This document shows positions 43,603-52,709 of a stretch of DNA of 64,000 nt, piece by piece (the first letter of the stretch is position 1; each line of letters begins with the position of its first letter). A program made the position numbers and the translations under genes. The stretch spans positions 384,001 through 448,000 of the forward strand of contig CAWFFN010000009.1 in assembly GCA_963815115.1 (NCBI GenBank), written 5' to 3'. Source of the stretch: an uncultured delta proteobacterium (GTDB lineage Bacteria > Desulfobacterota > Binatia > DP-6). Below the pieces are notes generated by a model. It was not told where the DNA came from, ran no database searches, and saw only the letters and a list, made by a program, of their open reading frames with translations.

Positions 43603-44118
43603 ATGACACGGATCGTGCTGCCGCTCCTCGTCGTCCTGCTGGCGGTGGGCGCGGGCACCGCAGCACTGTCCCAGCACCCGTGGTCGCCCCGGCGCGACGT
43701 CGTGCAGCCCGTGCCGTTCAGCCACCGCGTGCATGCGGGCGAGAACCAGATCCCCTGCCAGTACTGTCACGAGTACGCGCGCCGTTCGCAGACCGCCGGC
43801 GTGCCTCCGATTCAGCGCTGCGTCGGCTGCCACGCGCACGAGGGGCGGGGCGGTTCGCTCGAGGCCGTGACCCAGCCGTGGAGCGACACGCGACAGCCAG
43901 CGTCCGAGATCGTCTGGAACCGCGTGTACACCCTCCCCGACTTCGTGCGCTTCGCGCACCGTCCCCACGTGCTTGCCGGCGTGGAGTGCCAGACCTGCCA
44001 CGGGCCCGTCGAGACGATGGACCGCGTGGTGCCGGTCCACGACATCAACATGGGGTTCTGCATCACCTGCCACACCGAGCGCGGGGTCACGAAGGACTGC
44101 TCGGTGTGCCACTACTAG
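43603..44118 (+). CDS. Pentaheme cytochrome c (ActA/QrcA-like)
   Basis: Five CxxCH motifs, plus 'QPVPFSHRVHAG', 'WNRVYTLPDFVRFAH', 'NMGFCITCH'. Confidence 0.88.
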   Translation: MTRIVLPLLVVLLAVGAGTAALSQHPWSPRRDVVQPVPFSHRVHAGENQIPCQYCHEYARRSQTAGVPPIQRCVGCHAHEGRGGSLEAVTQPWSDTRQPASEIVWNRVYTLPDFVRFAHRPHVLAGVECQTCHGPVETMDRVVPVHDINMGFCITCHTERGVTKDCSVCHY

Positions 44119-44603
44119 GAAGCTCTACGCCGCATGCTTGATGTCGACCTCACAGCCGAGATCGCGCAGCCGCCGCACGAGGCGGCCGATGGTCTTGGCT
44201 GTGTCGCGGCGCGCGCAGCGAGCCGCGCCGAGGTCGCGGTACGGTACGGCGTCGCGGAGCATGTAGTAGCACGCGCCGAGCATGGAGGCCGCAACGGCGA
44301 GGATGGCTCTCCTGGCGCCGCGGCGGGCTTTGAGGCGCAGGAATTGCGCCTGGAGATAGCAGTCCTTCGTGCGGACGGCGGCCCAGGCGGCGGTGACGAG
44401 GGCATCGCGACATGCGTGCAGCCGTGCGCCGTGAGCCAGTCGGCCAGGGCGAGCAGGCGGGTGGTAGCCGTCGCGAAACTCCGGACCTCGTGATGACGCG
44501 GCTCGGACATGCAGCGCACCGCTGTGACGACGGTGTCCTTGTGCACGTCGAGTCCTGCGCACCGCGGATGCAAGATGTCCATCGCGTCCCTCCTTGCCGC
44601 GGC
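44112..44603 (-). mobile_element. Internally deleted IS110-family element
   Basis: 'CAGLDVHKD...GCTHVAM' joined directly to 'LVTAAWAAVR..YLQAQFLRLK..RG..AI.AVA'. Its right end CCTAGTAG resembles CTTGGTAG of the intact copy. Confidence 0.85.
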
Positions 44604-44692
44604 TGATAGGCACGACGAAGGGCCTTTTGCCGCGGAGGCTTACAGAACGCCCCATCCCGGACCTTCGCCGCATTTTCGCCCGCTCCGTAACA
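44604..44692. repeat. 89-bp TG..CA element, copy 2
   Basis: Direct repeat of 32565-32653 with one mismatch. Confidence 0.85.
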
Positions 44693-44694
44693 AG

Positions 44695-44905
44695 TTCCCA
44701 CCGACCCCGGGGGTCGACCCGCGATGGAGGAAACTGGTACGGCGCCGCTGCCGGCACCGAGGTCGAGCAATGTCTGGTGCGCGAAGCCCGCTAACAAGTT
44801 GGACCCGACGTCCCGTGCGCACCCGTGATTGTCGCCACGGACCGCGCGGTCCGCGAGCACGCTTGGTAGACTGCTGCCCCCAGGGACGTCACGCCGGCAG
44901 AACGG
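44695..44905 (+). ncRNA. Putative IS110 bridge RNA
   Basis: Structured 5' non-coding end containing TAACAAGTT (44792-44800, equal to the left junction) and CTTGGTAGAC (44862-44871, equal to the right junction). Boundaries approximate. Confidence 0.7.
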
Positions 44906-44917
44906 GAGGACGTGACG

Positions 44918-46144
44918 ATGGAGGTCATCCATGCCCAGTGCGCGGGGCTCGACGTACACAAGCAGACCGTGGTGGCCTGCGTGCGGATCACGGGCGCGGG
45001 GGGCGTGCGGCGCGAGGTGCGGACGTTTGCGACGACCGCCGCCGAGCTGCTGGCCTTGCAGGAGTGGCTGGTGGCCGCCGGCTGCACCCATGCCGTGCTG
45101 GAGTCGACGGGCGTCTACTGGAAACCCGTGTGGCACGTGCTCGAGGACCACCTGACCCTCGTGCTGGCCAACGCGACGGCGGTGCGCAATCTGCCCGGGC
45201 GCAAGAGCGACGTGAGCGACGCGCAGTGGCTCGCGGATCTGCTCGCCCATGGGCTGGTGCGCGGCAGCTTCGTGCCGCCCGCGCCGATTCAGGCGTTGCG
45301 CGAGCTGACGCGGACGCGCAAGCAGCTCGGGCGGGAGGTCACCGCCCACAGTCAGCGGATCGAGAAGGTGCTGGAGAGCGCGGACGTGAAGCTCGCCGCG
45401 GTGCTCCGCCCGCTGCTCGGCGTCAGCGGGCGGGCGATCATCGCGGCCCTGGCGGCGGGCGAAACCGATCCCGAGCGCCTCGTGGCGTTAGCCCACCCGC
45501 GGCTGCGGCCGAAGCGGGCCGCGCTGCGGGCCGCGCTGCCCGGGCACGTCCGGCCGCATCATCGCGTCTTGCTGGGTCAGCACCTGCGGGTGGTCGAGAC
45601 GCTGCGGGCGACGATCGCGGAGCTGGATGCCGCGATCGGGGCCGCCGTCGCCCCGTATCGCGCCGCCGTCGACCACCTCGTGACGATGCCCGGCGTGAGC
45701 ACGACGGCGGCGCAGATCCTGGTCGCGGAGATCGGCACGGACATGAGCCGCTTCCCCAGCGCGGGGCATCTCGTCTCCTGGGCGGGGCTGTGTCCGCGCC
45801 AGGACGCGAGTGCGGGCAAGCACCGCTCCACGCGCCTCCGCAAGGGGGCGCCGTGGCTCAAGCCCGTGCTCATTCAGGGCGCGTGGGCAGCGGTGCGAGG
45901 CCGCGAGGGCTACCTCCGCACCCAGTTCCTGCGCCTCAAGCATCGCCGCGGTCCGATGAAGGCCATCGTCGCGGTGGCCGCCTCCATGCTCACCGCCGCC
46001 TATTACATGCTGCGCGACGACCAAGACTATCACGACCTCGGGGCCGCCCACTTCCAGCGCGGCGACCACAACCACCTCGTCGCCGGACTCACCCGCCGCC
46101 TCCACCACCTCGGTTACGAGGTCACGCTCCGCCCCGCCGCCTGA
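44918..46144 (+). CDS. IS110 DEDD recombinase/transposase
   Basis: 'GLDVHK', 'LESTG', 'KSDVSDA', 'EIG.D..RF', 'SAGK'. GGAGG RBS. Confidence 0.95.
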   Translation: MEVIHAQCAGLDVHKQTVVACVRITGAGGVRREVRTFATTAAELLALQEWLVAAGCTHAVLESTGVYWKPVWHVLEDHLTLVLANATAVRNLPGRKSDVSDAQWLADLLAHGLVRGSFVPPAPIQALRELTRTRKQLGREVTAHSQRIEKVLESADVKLAAVLRPLLGVSGRAIIAALAAGETDPERLVALAHPRLRPKRAALRAALPGHVRPHHRVLLGQHLRVVETLRATIAELDAAIGAAVAPYRAAVDHLVTMPGVSTTAAQILVAEIGTDMSRFPSAGHLVSWAGLCPRQDASAGKHRSTRLRKGAPWLKPVLIQGAWAAVRGREGYLRTQFLRLKHRRGPMKAIVAVAASMLTAAYYMLRDDQDYHDLGAAHFQRGDHNHLVAGLTRRLHHLGYEVTLRPAA

Positions 46145-46173
46145 CGCCGCGTACCGAGCGAGTTACTTGGTAG

Positions 46174-46394
46174 ACGGCGGGCGGGTCGCGGTGATGCGGC
46201 AGCGGCTGCGGCGCGGCGGGTGGCGGAGTCGCTATCGCTTGCGGAAGGGGACCGTAGAGCCGGTGTTGGGGATCGTGAAACACGTGCGCGGCTTCCGCCA
46301 ATTCCTCCTGCGCGGCGCGGCGAAGGTCGCCGGCGAGTGGAGCCTGGTCACCACGGCGCACAACCTGCACAAGCTGGCGGCCGCATGGGCCTGA
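46174..46394 (+). pseudogene. IS1182-family transposase C-terminal fragment
   Basis: 'YRLRKGTVEPVLGIVK..RGFRQFLLRG..KV.GEW.L...AHNL.KL'. Confidence 0.8.
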
Positions 46395-46500
46395 AGAGGG
46401 GCGCCGAAGAAATCGGGCAGCGAGGGCGGGGTGCCAGCAGGCCATGGTAGACGACCGAGTTGATGCGCGGGCGAGGAGTCAACGCCGCAAGCGTCTCGAG

Positions 46501-46544
46501 GAGCTAGACCAGAGCTAGACCTGAGCTAGGCCAGAGCTAGGCCG
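46501..46544. repeat. 11-bp tandem repeat x4 (GAGCTAGRCCN)
   Basis: GAGCTAGACCA GAGCTAGACCT GAGCTAGGCCA GAGCTAGGCCG. Confidence 0.85.
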
Positions 46545-46800
46545 GCGTGAAGACGAGGTAGGTCGTTCCGTCGTGCCACTCACCCTTCAGGGTGGCGAGG
46601 ACGAGGCCGTCGGGTGTGAGGCGAGAGACGGTCCCGTGCAACCCGCGGGCGGAGCACGTAGCGACAGAGGCGCTCGACGCCCGCGCGGTCGTCGGCCGCG
46701 ACCGTGACGTTCATGTGGAGGTCGAAGCCCTCGAGGTGTGCCTGGCACGGGCCGCGGGAGGTGACCCCCACGGCGTCGGGCTCGCGCCCCGCCTGGAAGA
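46545..46800 (-). pseudogene. IS91-family (Y2) transposase fragment
   Basis: 'GFDLH..V...DR..VERLCRY..RP....RL', then 'WHDGTT.LVF.P' in another frame. Confidence 0.75.
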
Positions 46801-46815
46801 CGCGGGTGCCGGCAC

Positions 46816-48924
46816 CTACCGCGGCGTCGCGTCCGGCAGGCCGCCGTCGACCGGGATCGTCGCCCCCGTCGTGGGCGTCTGCCGGGTGGCGAAGAACAGG
46901 ACGGCGCGGGCCACGTGGTCGGCGGTGATCCGCGCCTTCAGGAGGTTGCGGCTGCGGTAGTATTCCTCGAGGCCCGCCTCATCCAGCCCGCGGGCCCGCA
47001 TCCGGTCCGGACCCACCTCGGCCCAGAGGCCCGACCTGCGCGCCCCGTGCGAGAAGACGGCGTCGGGCGCCACCATGTTCACGCGCACGTCGATCTCCGC
47101 CAGCTCGAGGCTCGCGATGCGGGCGAGCTGGTGGGCCGCGGCCTTGGTCGCGCTGTACGCGCCGAACTTGGCGCCCGGCGCGAACACGTTCTTGGTCGAC
47201 ACGAGCACGATGTCGCCCCCCGTTCCCTGGCGCTTCAGGTGGCGCGCCGCCTCGCCGAGCACGGTGAGCGTTCCCTCGACGTTCACCCGCTCGACGCGCC
47301 GGAACGCCTCGAGCTCCAGGTCCGCGAGCCCCGCGACGTGCGCCACACCCGCGTTGACGACCACCAGGTCGACCCCGCCCCAGGTCGTTGCGATGGTCCC
47401 GAACGCCTCGGCGACCGAGGTCGGGTCGGTGACGTCGAGTGGCACCGCCCTGACGCGCGGCCCGAAGGTCGCCGCGAGCTCCGCGACCAGCTCGTCCAGC
47501 GCGTTCCCGGGGAGGTCGGTGGCCGCCACCACGCAGCCCTGCTCGAGCAGCGCCCGGCAGAGGCCGGAGCCGATCGCGCCCGCGGCGCCGGTGACGATCG
47601 CCACCTCGCCCTCGAGCGCGGGCCCTCGCGCCGTGCCCAGCTTGGCGTGCTGGAACGTGTGGTACTCCATGTCGAAGAGCTCCGCTTCCGGCAGGCCTTC
47701 GTAGGTGCCGATCGCGGCCACCTGGCTCTTCACGGCGAGCGTGTGGGCGGTGACGTCGCGTGCGATGGTCGCCGCGCGCAGATCGGGCGCGGCGCAGAGC
47801 GCGCCGAGGCCCGGCAGGAGGACCACGCGCGGCAACGCGTCGATCCGGCCGACGCCGTGGCCGAGCCGGTTCGTGTGCCGCTCGAGGTACGCCTGGTAGT
47901 CGGCGGCATAGCGCCGCACGGCTGCGCGGATCTGCTCGGCCAGCGCGGCGTGGTCCTGGTACGCCGGTGACTCGATCCAGAGGGGGAACGCCTTGGTGCG
48001 GATCAGGTGATCCGAGGTGAGCGGCGGCGTCAGGGCGGCGGCACGACCGCCGTCGCCGTCGACGAACTCGAGGACCTCGGGTGTGACGAGCGGGAGGACG
48101 ATCACGCGACGATGCGGCCGGTCGGGATCGCCCGTGGGCTCGGCCAGGGCCCCGCGCAGCACCGGGGCCACCGCGCGCACGCGCGCCAGCGCCGTCTCCA
48201 ACCCGCCCGGGATCGCGACGATCGAACGTCCGGTGCCCTTCCGCGCCAGGTACTCCTCCGCGCGCGTCACGAGGTCGATCATGGCCTCGTAGGAGGCCCG
48301 TGCGCTCGGCCCCCAGGTCACGAGCCCGTGCCGCATCCACACCATGGCTCGAGCGTCCGGGTGCGCCTCGTACGCATCCGCGACGGCGCGCGCGAGCTGG
48401 AAGCCCGGCCGCACGTAGCCCAGCACCGCCACCTGACCACCGAGCGCCTCGCGTACCACCCGCTCCCCGTCCGTCTGGTTCGTCAGCGCCAGGACGGCGT
48501 CGGCGTGCGTGTGGTCGACGTACCTGGCGGGGAGGAACGCGTGCACGAGCGTCTCGACCGAGGGCGTGGCGCTCCGCGCGTCGAAGAGGTGCGTACGCAG
48601 CTCGTTCGCCATCGCTTCGTCATCGAGCCGCGGCAGCGCCCGCAGCCTCCGCAGGTAGCCGAGGTCGAGGCCGGGAAGCCCCTCCGGCTCGATGGTGGCG
48701 AGATCGTGGCCCGAGGCCTTCACGTAGAGCGCGGGGACCTGCTCGCCGAGACGGTTCACGAACGTCCCCTTGACCGACGTGTTGCCGCCGCCGTGGAGCA
48801 CGAGGCGGTCGTCGGCGCCGAGCAGGCGGCTCGTGTAGGTGCGGAGCGCGAGGTCCTCGCCCCAGCGCGCGCCGTAGCGCGCGACGAAGCTCGCGGCCTC
48901 GTCGTCCGACCAGCGTGAGCGCAT
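46816..48924 (-). CDS. Bifunctional class II aldolase/short-chain dehydrogenase (RhaD-SDR type)
   Basis: 'VLHGGGNTSVK', 'PSVET.VH', 'DHTH'; SDR 'TGAAGAIG', 'NAG', 'YSATK'. Confidence 0.92.
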   Translation of the reverse strand: MRSRWSDDEAASFVARYGARWGEDLALRTYTSRLLGADDRLVLHGGGNTSVKGTFVNRLGEQVPALYVKASGHDLATIEPEGLPGLDLGYLRRLRALPRLDDEAMANELRTHLFDARSATPSVETLVHAFLPARYVDHTHADAVLALTNQTDGERVVREALGGQVAVLGYVRPGFQLARAVADAYEAHPDARAMVWMRHGLVTWGPSARASYEAMIDLVTRAEEYLARKGTGRSIVAIPGGLETALARVRAVAPVLRGALAEPTGDPDRPHRRVIVLPLVTPEVLEFVDGDGGRAAALTPPLTSDHLIRTKAFPLWIESPAYQDHAALAEQIRAAVRRYAADYQAYLERHTNRLGHGVGRIDALPRVVLLPGLGALCAAPDLRAATIARDVTAHTLAVKSQVAAIGTYEGLPEAELFDMEYHTFQHAKLGTARGPALEGEVAIVTGAAGAIGSGLCRALLEQGCVVAATDLPGNALDELVAELAATFGPRVRAVPLDVTDPTSVAEAFGTIATTWGGVDLVVVNAGVAHVAGLADLELEAFRRVERVNVEGTLTVLGEAARHLKRQGTGGDIVLVSTKNVFAPGAKFGAYSATKAAAHQLARIASLELAEIDVRVNMVAPDAVFSHGARRSGLWAEVGPDRMRARGLDEAGLEEYYRSRNLLKARITADHVARAVLFFATRQTPTTGATIPVDGGLPDATPR

Positions 48925-48931
48925 CCGTCTT

Positions 48932-49657
48932 CTACCCGCCCCGCAGCGCTGCCAGCATGTACCGGGCGTTCTCGGTCGGCGTCTTGCCGTCGAAGACCGC
49001 GCTGCCCGTCACCACCAGATCGACGCCGGTGCCCGCGACGCTCCGGATGTTCTCCTTCGTGATGGCGCCGTCCACGCCGAGGAGGATCCGCCGTCCCGCC
49101 GTCTCGAGCATTCGCCGGGCCCGGGCGATCCGGCCGATCGTCGCCGGGATGAACCGCTGTCCGCCCCAGCCCGGGTTGACGGCGAGCAGCAGCACGAGGT
49201 CGACGTCGTCCAGCAGGGGCTCGATCGCCTCGAGCGGCGTGCCGGGATTGAGCGCGATGCCGCGCACGATGCCGCGCGCGGCGTCGTTCGCGTTCTTCAT
49301 CGTGCCGAGCTGCTGGAGCACGCGGTGGACGTGCGTGCACGACTCGACGTGCACCGTGACCACGTCAGCGCCGGCCGACACGTAGTCGGCGAGCTTCTCG
49401 AGCGGGTCGCTGATCATCAGGTGCACGTCCTTCAGCAGCGGCGTCCGGAGCGCCTTCACGAGCGGAGGCCCCACCGTCATCATGGGCGTGAAGCAGCCGT
49501 CCATGACGTCGACGTGCAGGAGGGGCACACCCGTGCCGTCGAGACGCGCGAGATCGGCCCCGAGCGCCATCAGGTCCGCCGTCAGGATGCCGACGCTGAT
49601 CGTCGGTGCGAGGCTTGCGAGGCGCTCGAGGGTGCTAGCCGGCGGCGCGTCGCCCAC
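48932..49657 (-). CDS. Ribulose-phosphate 3-epimerase family (LsrE-like)
   Basis: 'HVDVMDG', 'DVHLM', 'LNPGTP', 'VNPG.GGQ', 'VDG'. Confidence 0.9.
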   Translation of the reverse strand: MGDAPPASTLERLASLAPTISVGILTADLMALGADLARLDGTGVPLLHVDVMDGCFTPMMTVGPPLVKALRTPLLKDVHLMISDPLEKLADYVSAGADVVTVHVESCTHVHRVLQQLGTMKNANDAARGIVRGIALNPGTPLEAIEPLLDDVDLVLLLAVNPGWGGQRFIPATIGRIARARRMLETAGRRILLGVDGAITKENIRSVAGTGVDLVVTGSAVFDGKTPTENARYMLAALRGG

Positions 49658-50540
49658 GCTGCTGCTCGTGCCGCAACGTCTGGTACAGGTCGTAGGCCTG
49701 CTCCGGCTTTGCCTTCTGGTGGACGACCGACGCGACGGCTTGGATCATCGCCACAGGTGCCTCGGACTGGAAGATGTTCCGGCCCATGTCGACCCCGGCG
49801 GCGCCCTCGGAGATGGCCCGGTACGCCATGGTGAGCGCCTCGAGCTCGGGCAGCTTCTTCCCGCCGGCCATGACGATCGGGACCGGACAGGAGGCGGTCA
49901 CCGTCTCGAACCCGTCCTCCACGTAGTACGTCTTCACGAAGTGTGCGCCGAGCTCGGCGCAGATGCGGGTTGCCAGCCGGAAGTAGCGCGCGTCGCGCGT
50001 CATCTCCTTGCCGACCGCGGTGACGCCGAGGGTCGGAATGCCGTAGCGCAGACCCAGATCGACGAGCCGGGTCATGTTGTGGATCGACTGCGTCTCGAAC
50101 TCGCCGCCGACGAAGACCTGGACCGCCATCGCCGCCACGCCCAGCCGCGCCGCATCCTCGACGTCGACGGCGAGCTGCTCGTTCGAGAGCTCCTTCAGGA
50201 TGCTCGGGCCACCGCTCGCGCGGAGCACGACGCCGCTCGCGAGCGTCGGCGGGATGGTGGTGCGGAGGATCCCGCGGGTGCACATGAGCGCATTGCCGTA
50301 GGGCAGCAGCGGCAGGATGTTCACGTCGACGCGCTCGAGACCCGCGGTCGGGCCCTGGAAATACCCGTGGTCGATCGCGAGCATGAGCGTGCGCCCGGAG
50401 GCGGGGCTGAAGATGCGAGCGAGGCGGCTCTGCATGCCCCAGTCGAGCGCGTTCGAGCCCTTCAGGAAGAAGCCCTCCTGCCTGACCGGCACGTCGAGGT
50501 GGAAGTTCTTGGTGTCCTTCACATCGTCCAGGTCGGCCAC
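49635..50540 (-). CDS. lsrF: 3-hydroxy-5-phosphonooxypentane-2,4-dione thiolase
   Basis: 'MADLDD.K..K.F', '[18 protein letters not shown]', 'DHGYFQGPT', 'FVKTYY', 'MGRNIFQ'. Confidence 0.92.
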   Translation of the reverse strand: MADLDDVKDTKNFHLDVPVRQEGFFLKGSNALDWGMQSRLARIFSPASGRTLMLAIDHGYFQGPTAGLERVDVNILPLLPYGNALMCTRGILRTTIPPTLASGVVLRASGGPSILKELSNEQLAVDVEDAARLGVAAMAVQVFVGGEFETQSIHNMTRLVDLGLRYGIPTLGVTAVGKEMTRDARYFRLATRICAELGAHFVKTYYVEDGFETVTASCPVPIVMAGGKKLPELEALTMAYRAISEGAAGVDMGRNIFQSEAPVAMIQAVASVVHQKAKPEQAYDLYQTLRHEQQRGRRAAG

Positions 50541-50714
50541 GGTGGGTCTCTCCTCTGCTACGGCGGCCGGTCCGGCCGTCTGGGACGCGGACGATTGCAG
50601 GAAAGGTCCGCGTGCGTCAACCTTCCCCGGTCCTCACCCGGTCACCGGGTCCAGGTCCTGCAGTATCTGCCGCCTCTGGTGCGCCCGGCACACAGCGGTG
50701 ATACACGAGTTCGC

Positions 50715-51716
50715 ATGGGCGCCGTCCGCTGGGTCTGCCTCGATGCCGACGACCTGATGCACGAGAACACCGGCGAGGAGAACTACAACGAGAGCGCGTA
50801 CTACAACTTCTACGACCCAGCGCAGCGTCTGGGCGGCTTCGTGCGCATCGGCAACCGGCCCAACGAGGGCTACGCCGAGATGACGCTCTGCCTCTACCTG
50901 CCCGACGGCAGCGCCGGGTTCATGTTCGGTCGCCCCAGGATCCCGGACAACGCCCGCTTCGACGCCGGCGGCATGCGCTTCGAGGTGCGCGCGCCGATGC
51001 GCGAGCACGCGATCCGCTACGAGGGGACGGCGTGCCTGCTCGAGCGGCCGCTCGACCTCCTCGATCCCCGGGCGGCCTTCACGCAGAACCCGCACGTGCC
51101 GGCACGGGTCGCACTGGACTATCACGCGCTCTCCCCTGCCCACGGCGGCGAGCTGCGCGAGCAGCGTGACGGACGCTGGGTCAGCGTGCGAGCGGAGCGC
51201 GCCGGGCTGGAGTTCGCACGCGGCCATCTCGAGCAGCACGGGCGCGCGACCGGCAGCGTCGCGGTCGGCGAGCGGACCTGGACGATCGACGGCCTCGGGC
51301 TGCGCGACCGGTCGTGGGGGCCGCGCTACTGGCAGGCGCCGCGGTACTATCGCTGGCTCACCATGAACTTCGGCGCCGGCGCCGGCATCGCCGCGGCGCT
51401 CACCGTGCAGCGCGACGGCTCGCAGATCCAGGGCGGCTATCTCTACGCCGACGGGCAGGCGAACCGCCCCATCGGCCGGGTCGAGGTCTCCAGCGACCAC
51501 GCGGGACCGGAGCAGCTGCACTGGGGGCTGCGGGCGCGGCTGCACCCGGCCGACGGCGGAGCGCCCGAGGATGTGACCGGGCGAGTGCTGTCCATGGTCC
51601 CGCTGCGCAACCGTCGCAACGGAGTCACCACGCGAATCGCCGAGGGGCTCACCGAATGGCACTGGGCCGGCCGGGTGGGCTACGGCTGGTCGGAGTTCCT
51701 CGATCACGTCGACTGA
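50715..51716 (+). CDS. Hypothetical beta-rich protein (CrtC/lipocalin-like fold candidate)
   Basis: 'NYNESAYYNFYD', 'HLEQ.G', 'GLRDRSWGPR', 'GYGWSE'. Confidence 0.7.
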   Translation: MGAVRWVCLDADDLMHENTGEENYNESAYYNFYDPAQRLGGFVRIGNRPNEGYAEMTLCLYLPDGSAGFMFGRPRIPDNARFDAGGMRFEVRAPMREHAIRYEGTACLLERPLDLLDPRAAFTQNPHVPARVALDYHALSPAHGGELREQRDGRWVSVRAERAGLEFARGHLEQHGRATGSVAVGERTWTIDGLGLRDRSWGPRYWQAPRYYRWLTMNFGAGAGIAAALTVQRDGSQIQGGYLYADGQANRPIGRVEVSSDHAGPEQLHWGLRARLHPADGGAPEDVTGRVLSMVPLRNRRNGVTTRIAEGLTEWHWAGRVGYGWSEFLDHVD

Positions 51717-52707
51717 TCTCGCCGAGCGGCTCGCCGCGAGCGTTCGCGTCCGGCTCGGCGCCGACGTCACGGTCGAGGGTCTCAAGCGGCTCGCGGGAGG
51801 CGCCTCCCGGGAGATCTGGCTCTTCACGGCGTTGCATCCCGACGGCCGTCGCGAGCCGCTGGTCCTGCGGCGTGATCCGCCGGGACACGTGATCGAGTCC
51901 AGCCGTGCCGGGGAGTTCGCGCTTCTCGAGGTGGCGGCGGCCGCGGGCGTCCCGGTGCCGCGGGTGCGCTGGTGTGCCGAGGAGACGGAGGGCCTGGGAT
52001 CGGCGTTCGTGATGGACTTCGTCGCCGGCGAGACCATCGCCCGCAAGCTGCTGCGTGACGCCGAGTACGCGCCGGCGCGGGATGCACTCCCGGAGCAGCT
52101 GGCAGGGGCGCTGGCGTGCATCCACGCCATGGATCGCGACGCCTCCACGCTCCGCCACCTGACTCGCCCCGAGACCGGGACAGCGCCCGCGGCCGCCGAG
52201 CTGGCGCGCTTCGACGACATCCAGCGCGCCATCGCTCCCGATCCGCACCCGGCGTTCGAGCTGGCCTTGCGATGGCTCGCGGCGCGCATCCCGCCGCTCG
52301 AGCGCCTGACCGTGGTCCACGGAGACTACCGTGTGGGCAACGTCATCGTCGGGACCGAGGGGCTGCGCGCCGTGATCGACTGGGAGCTGACGCACGTGGG
52401 CGACCCGATGGAAGACGTCGGCTGGCTCTGCGTGCGCTCGTGGCGCTTCGGCGCCCCCTTGCCGGTGGGCGGACTGTGCGAGCGCGCGCGCTTCTTCGCC
52501 GCCTACGAGCGCGCCGGCGGCGCGCCGGTCGATCCCGAGGTCGTGCGCTGGTGGGAGGTGTTCGGCAACCTGCGATGGGGCATCATGACCGTCATGCAGG
52601 CGCAGACGTTCCTCGGGGGCGTGCGCAACGTCGAGCTGGCGAGCCTGGGACGGCGGACGTGCGAGATGGAGCTGGAGCTGCTCGAGCTGATGGAGGGAGG
52701 AGCCTAG
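51706..52707 (+). CDS. Phosphotransferase (APH/ACAD10-like) family protein; probable start is ACG at 51706
   Basis: 'LAGGASRE', 'VHGDYRVGN', 'IDWE', 'GDPMED'. The conserved N-terminus lies upstream of the first standard start. Confidence 0.85.
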   Translation, partial: TSTDLAERLAASVRVRLGADVTVEGLKRLAGGASREIWLFTALHPDGRREPLVLRRDPPGHVIESSRAGEFALLEVAAAAGVPVPRVRWCAEETEGLGSAFVMDFVAGETIARKLLRDAEYAPARDALPEQLAGALACIHAMDRDASTLRHLTRPETGTAPAAAELARFDDIQRAIAPDPHPAFELALRWLAARIPPLERLTVVHGDYRVGNVIVGTEGLRAVIDWELTHVGDPMEDVGWLCVRSWRFGAPLPVGGLCERARFFAAYERAGGAPVDPEVVRWWEVFGNLRWGIMTVMQAQTFLGGVRNVELASLGRRTCEMELELLELMEGGA

Positions 52708-52709
52708 CG

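Larger units (their letters stand above)
44693..46173 (+). mobile_element. Intact IS110-family element bounded by AG core dinucleotides
   Basis: Left junction TAACA-AG-TTCC and right junction CTTGGT-AG-ACGG. No terminal IRs. Confidence 0.85.

Noticed and set aside
50555-50610. Possible third copy of the 89-bp element (TGCTACGG...AAGGTCCG)
   Set aside because: Only short patchy similarity with different spacing.
49482-50714. N-terminal half of the 744-aa plus-strand ORF
   Set aside because: Antisense to lsrF. The true gene begins at the ATG at 50715.
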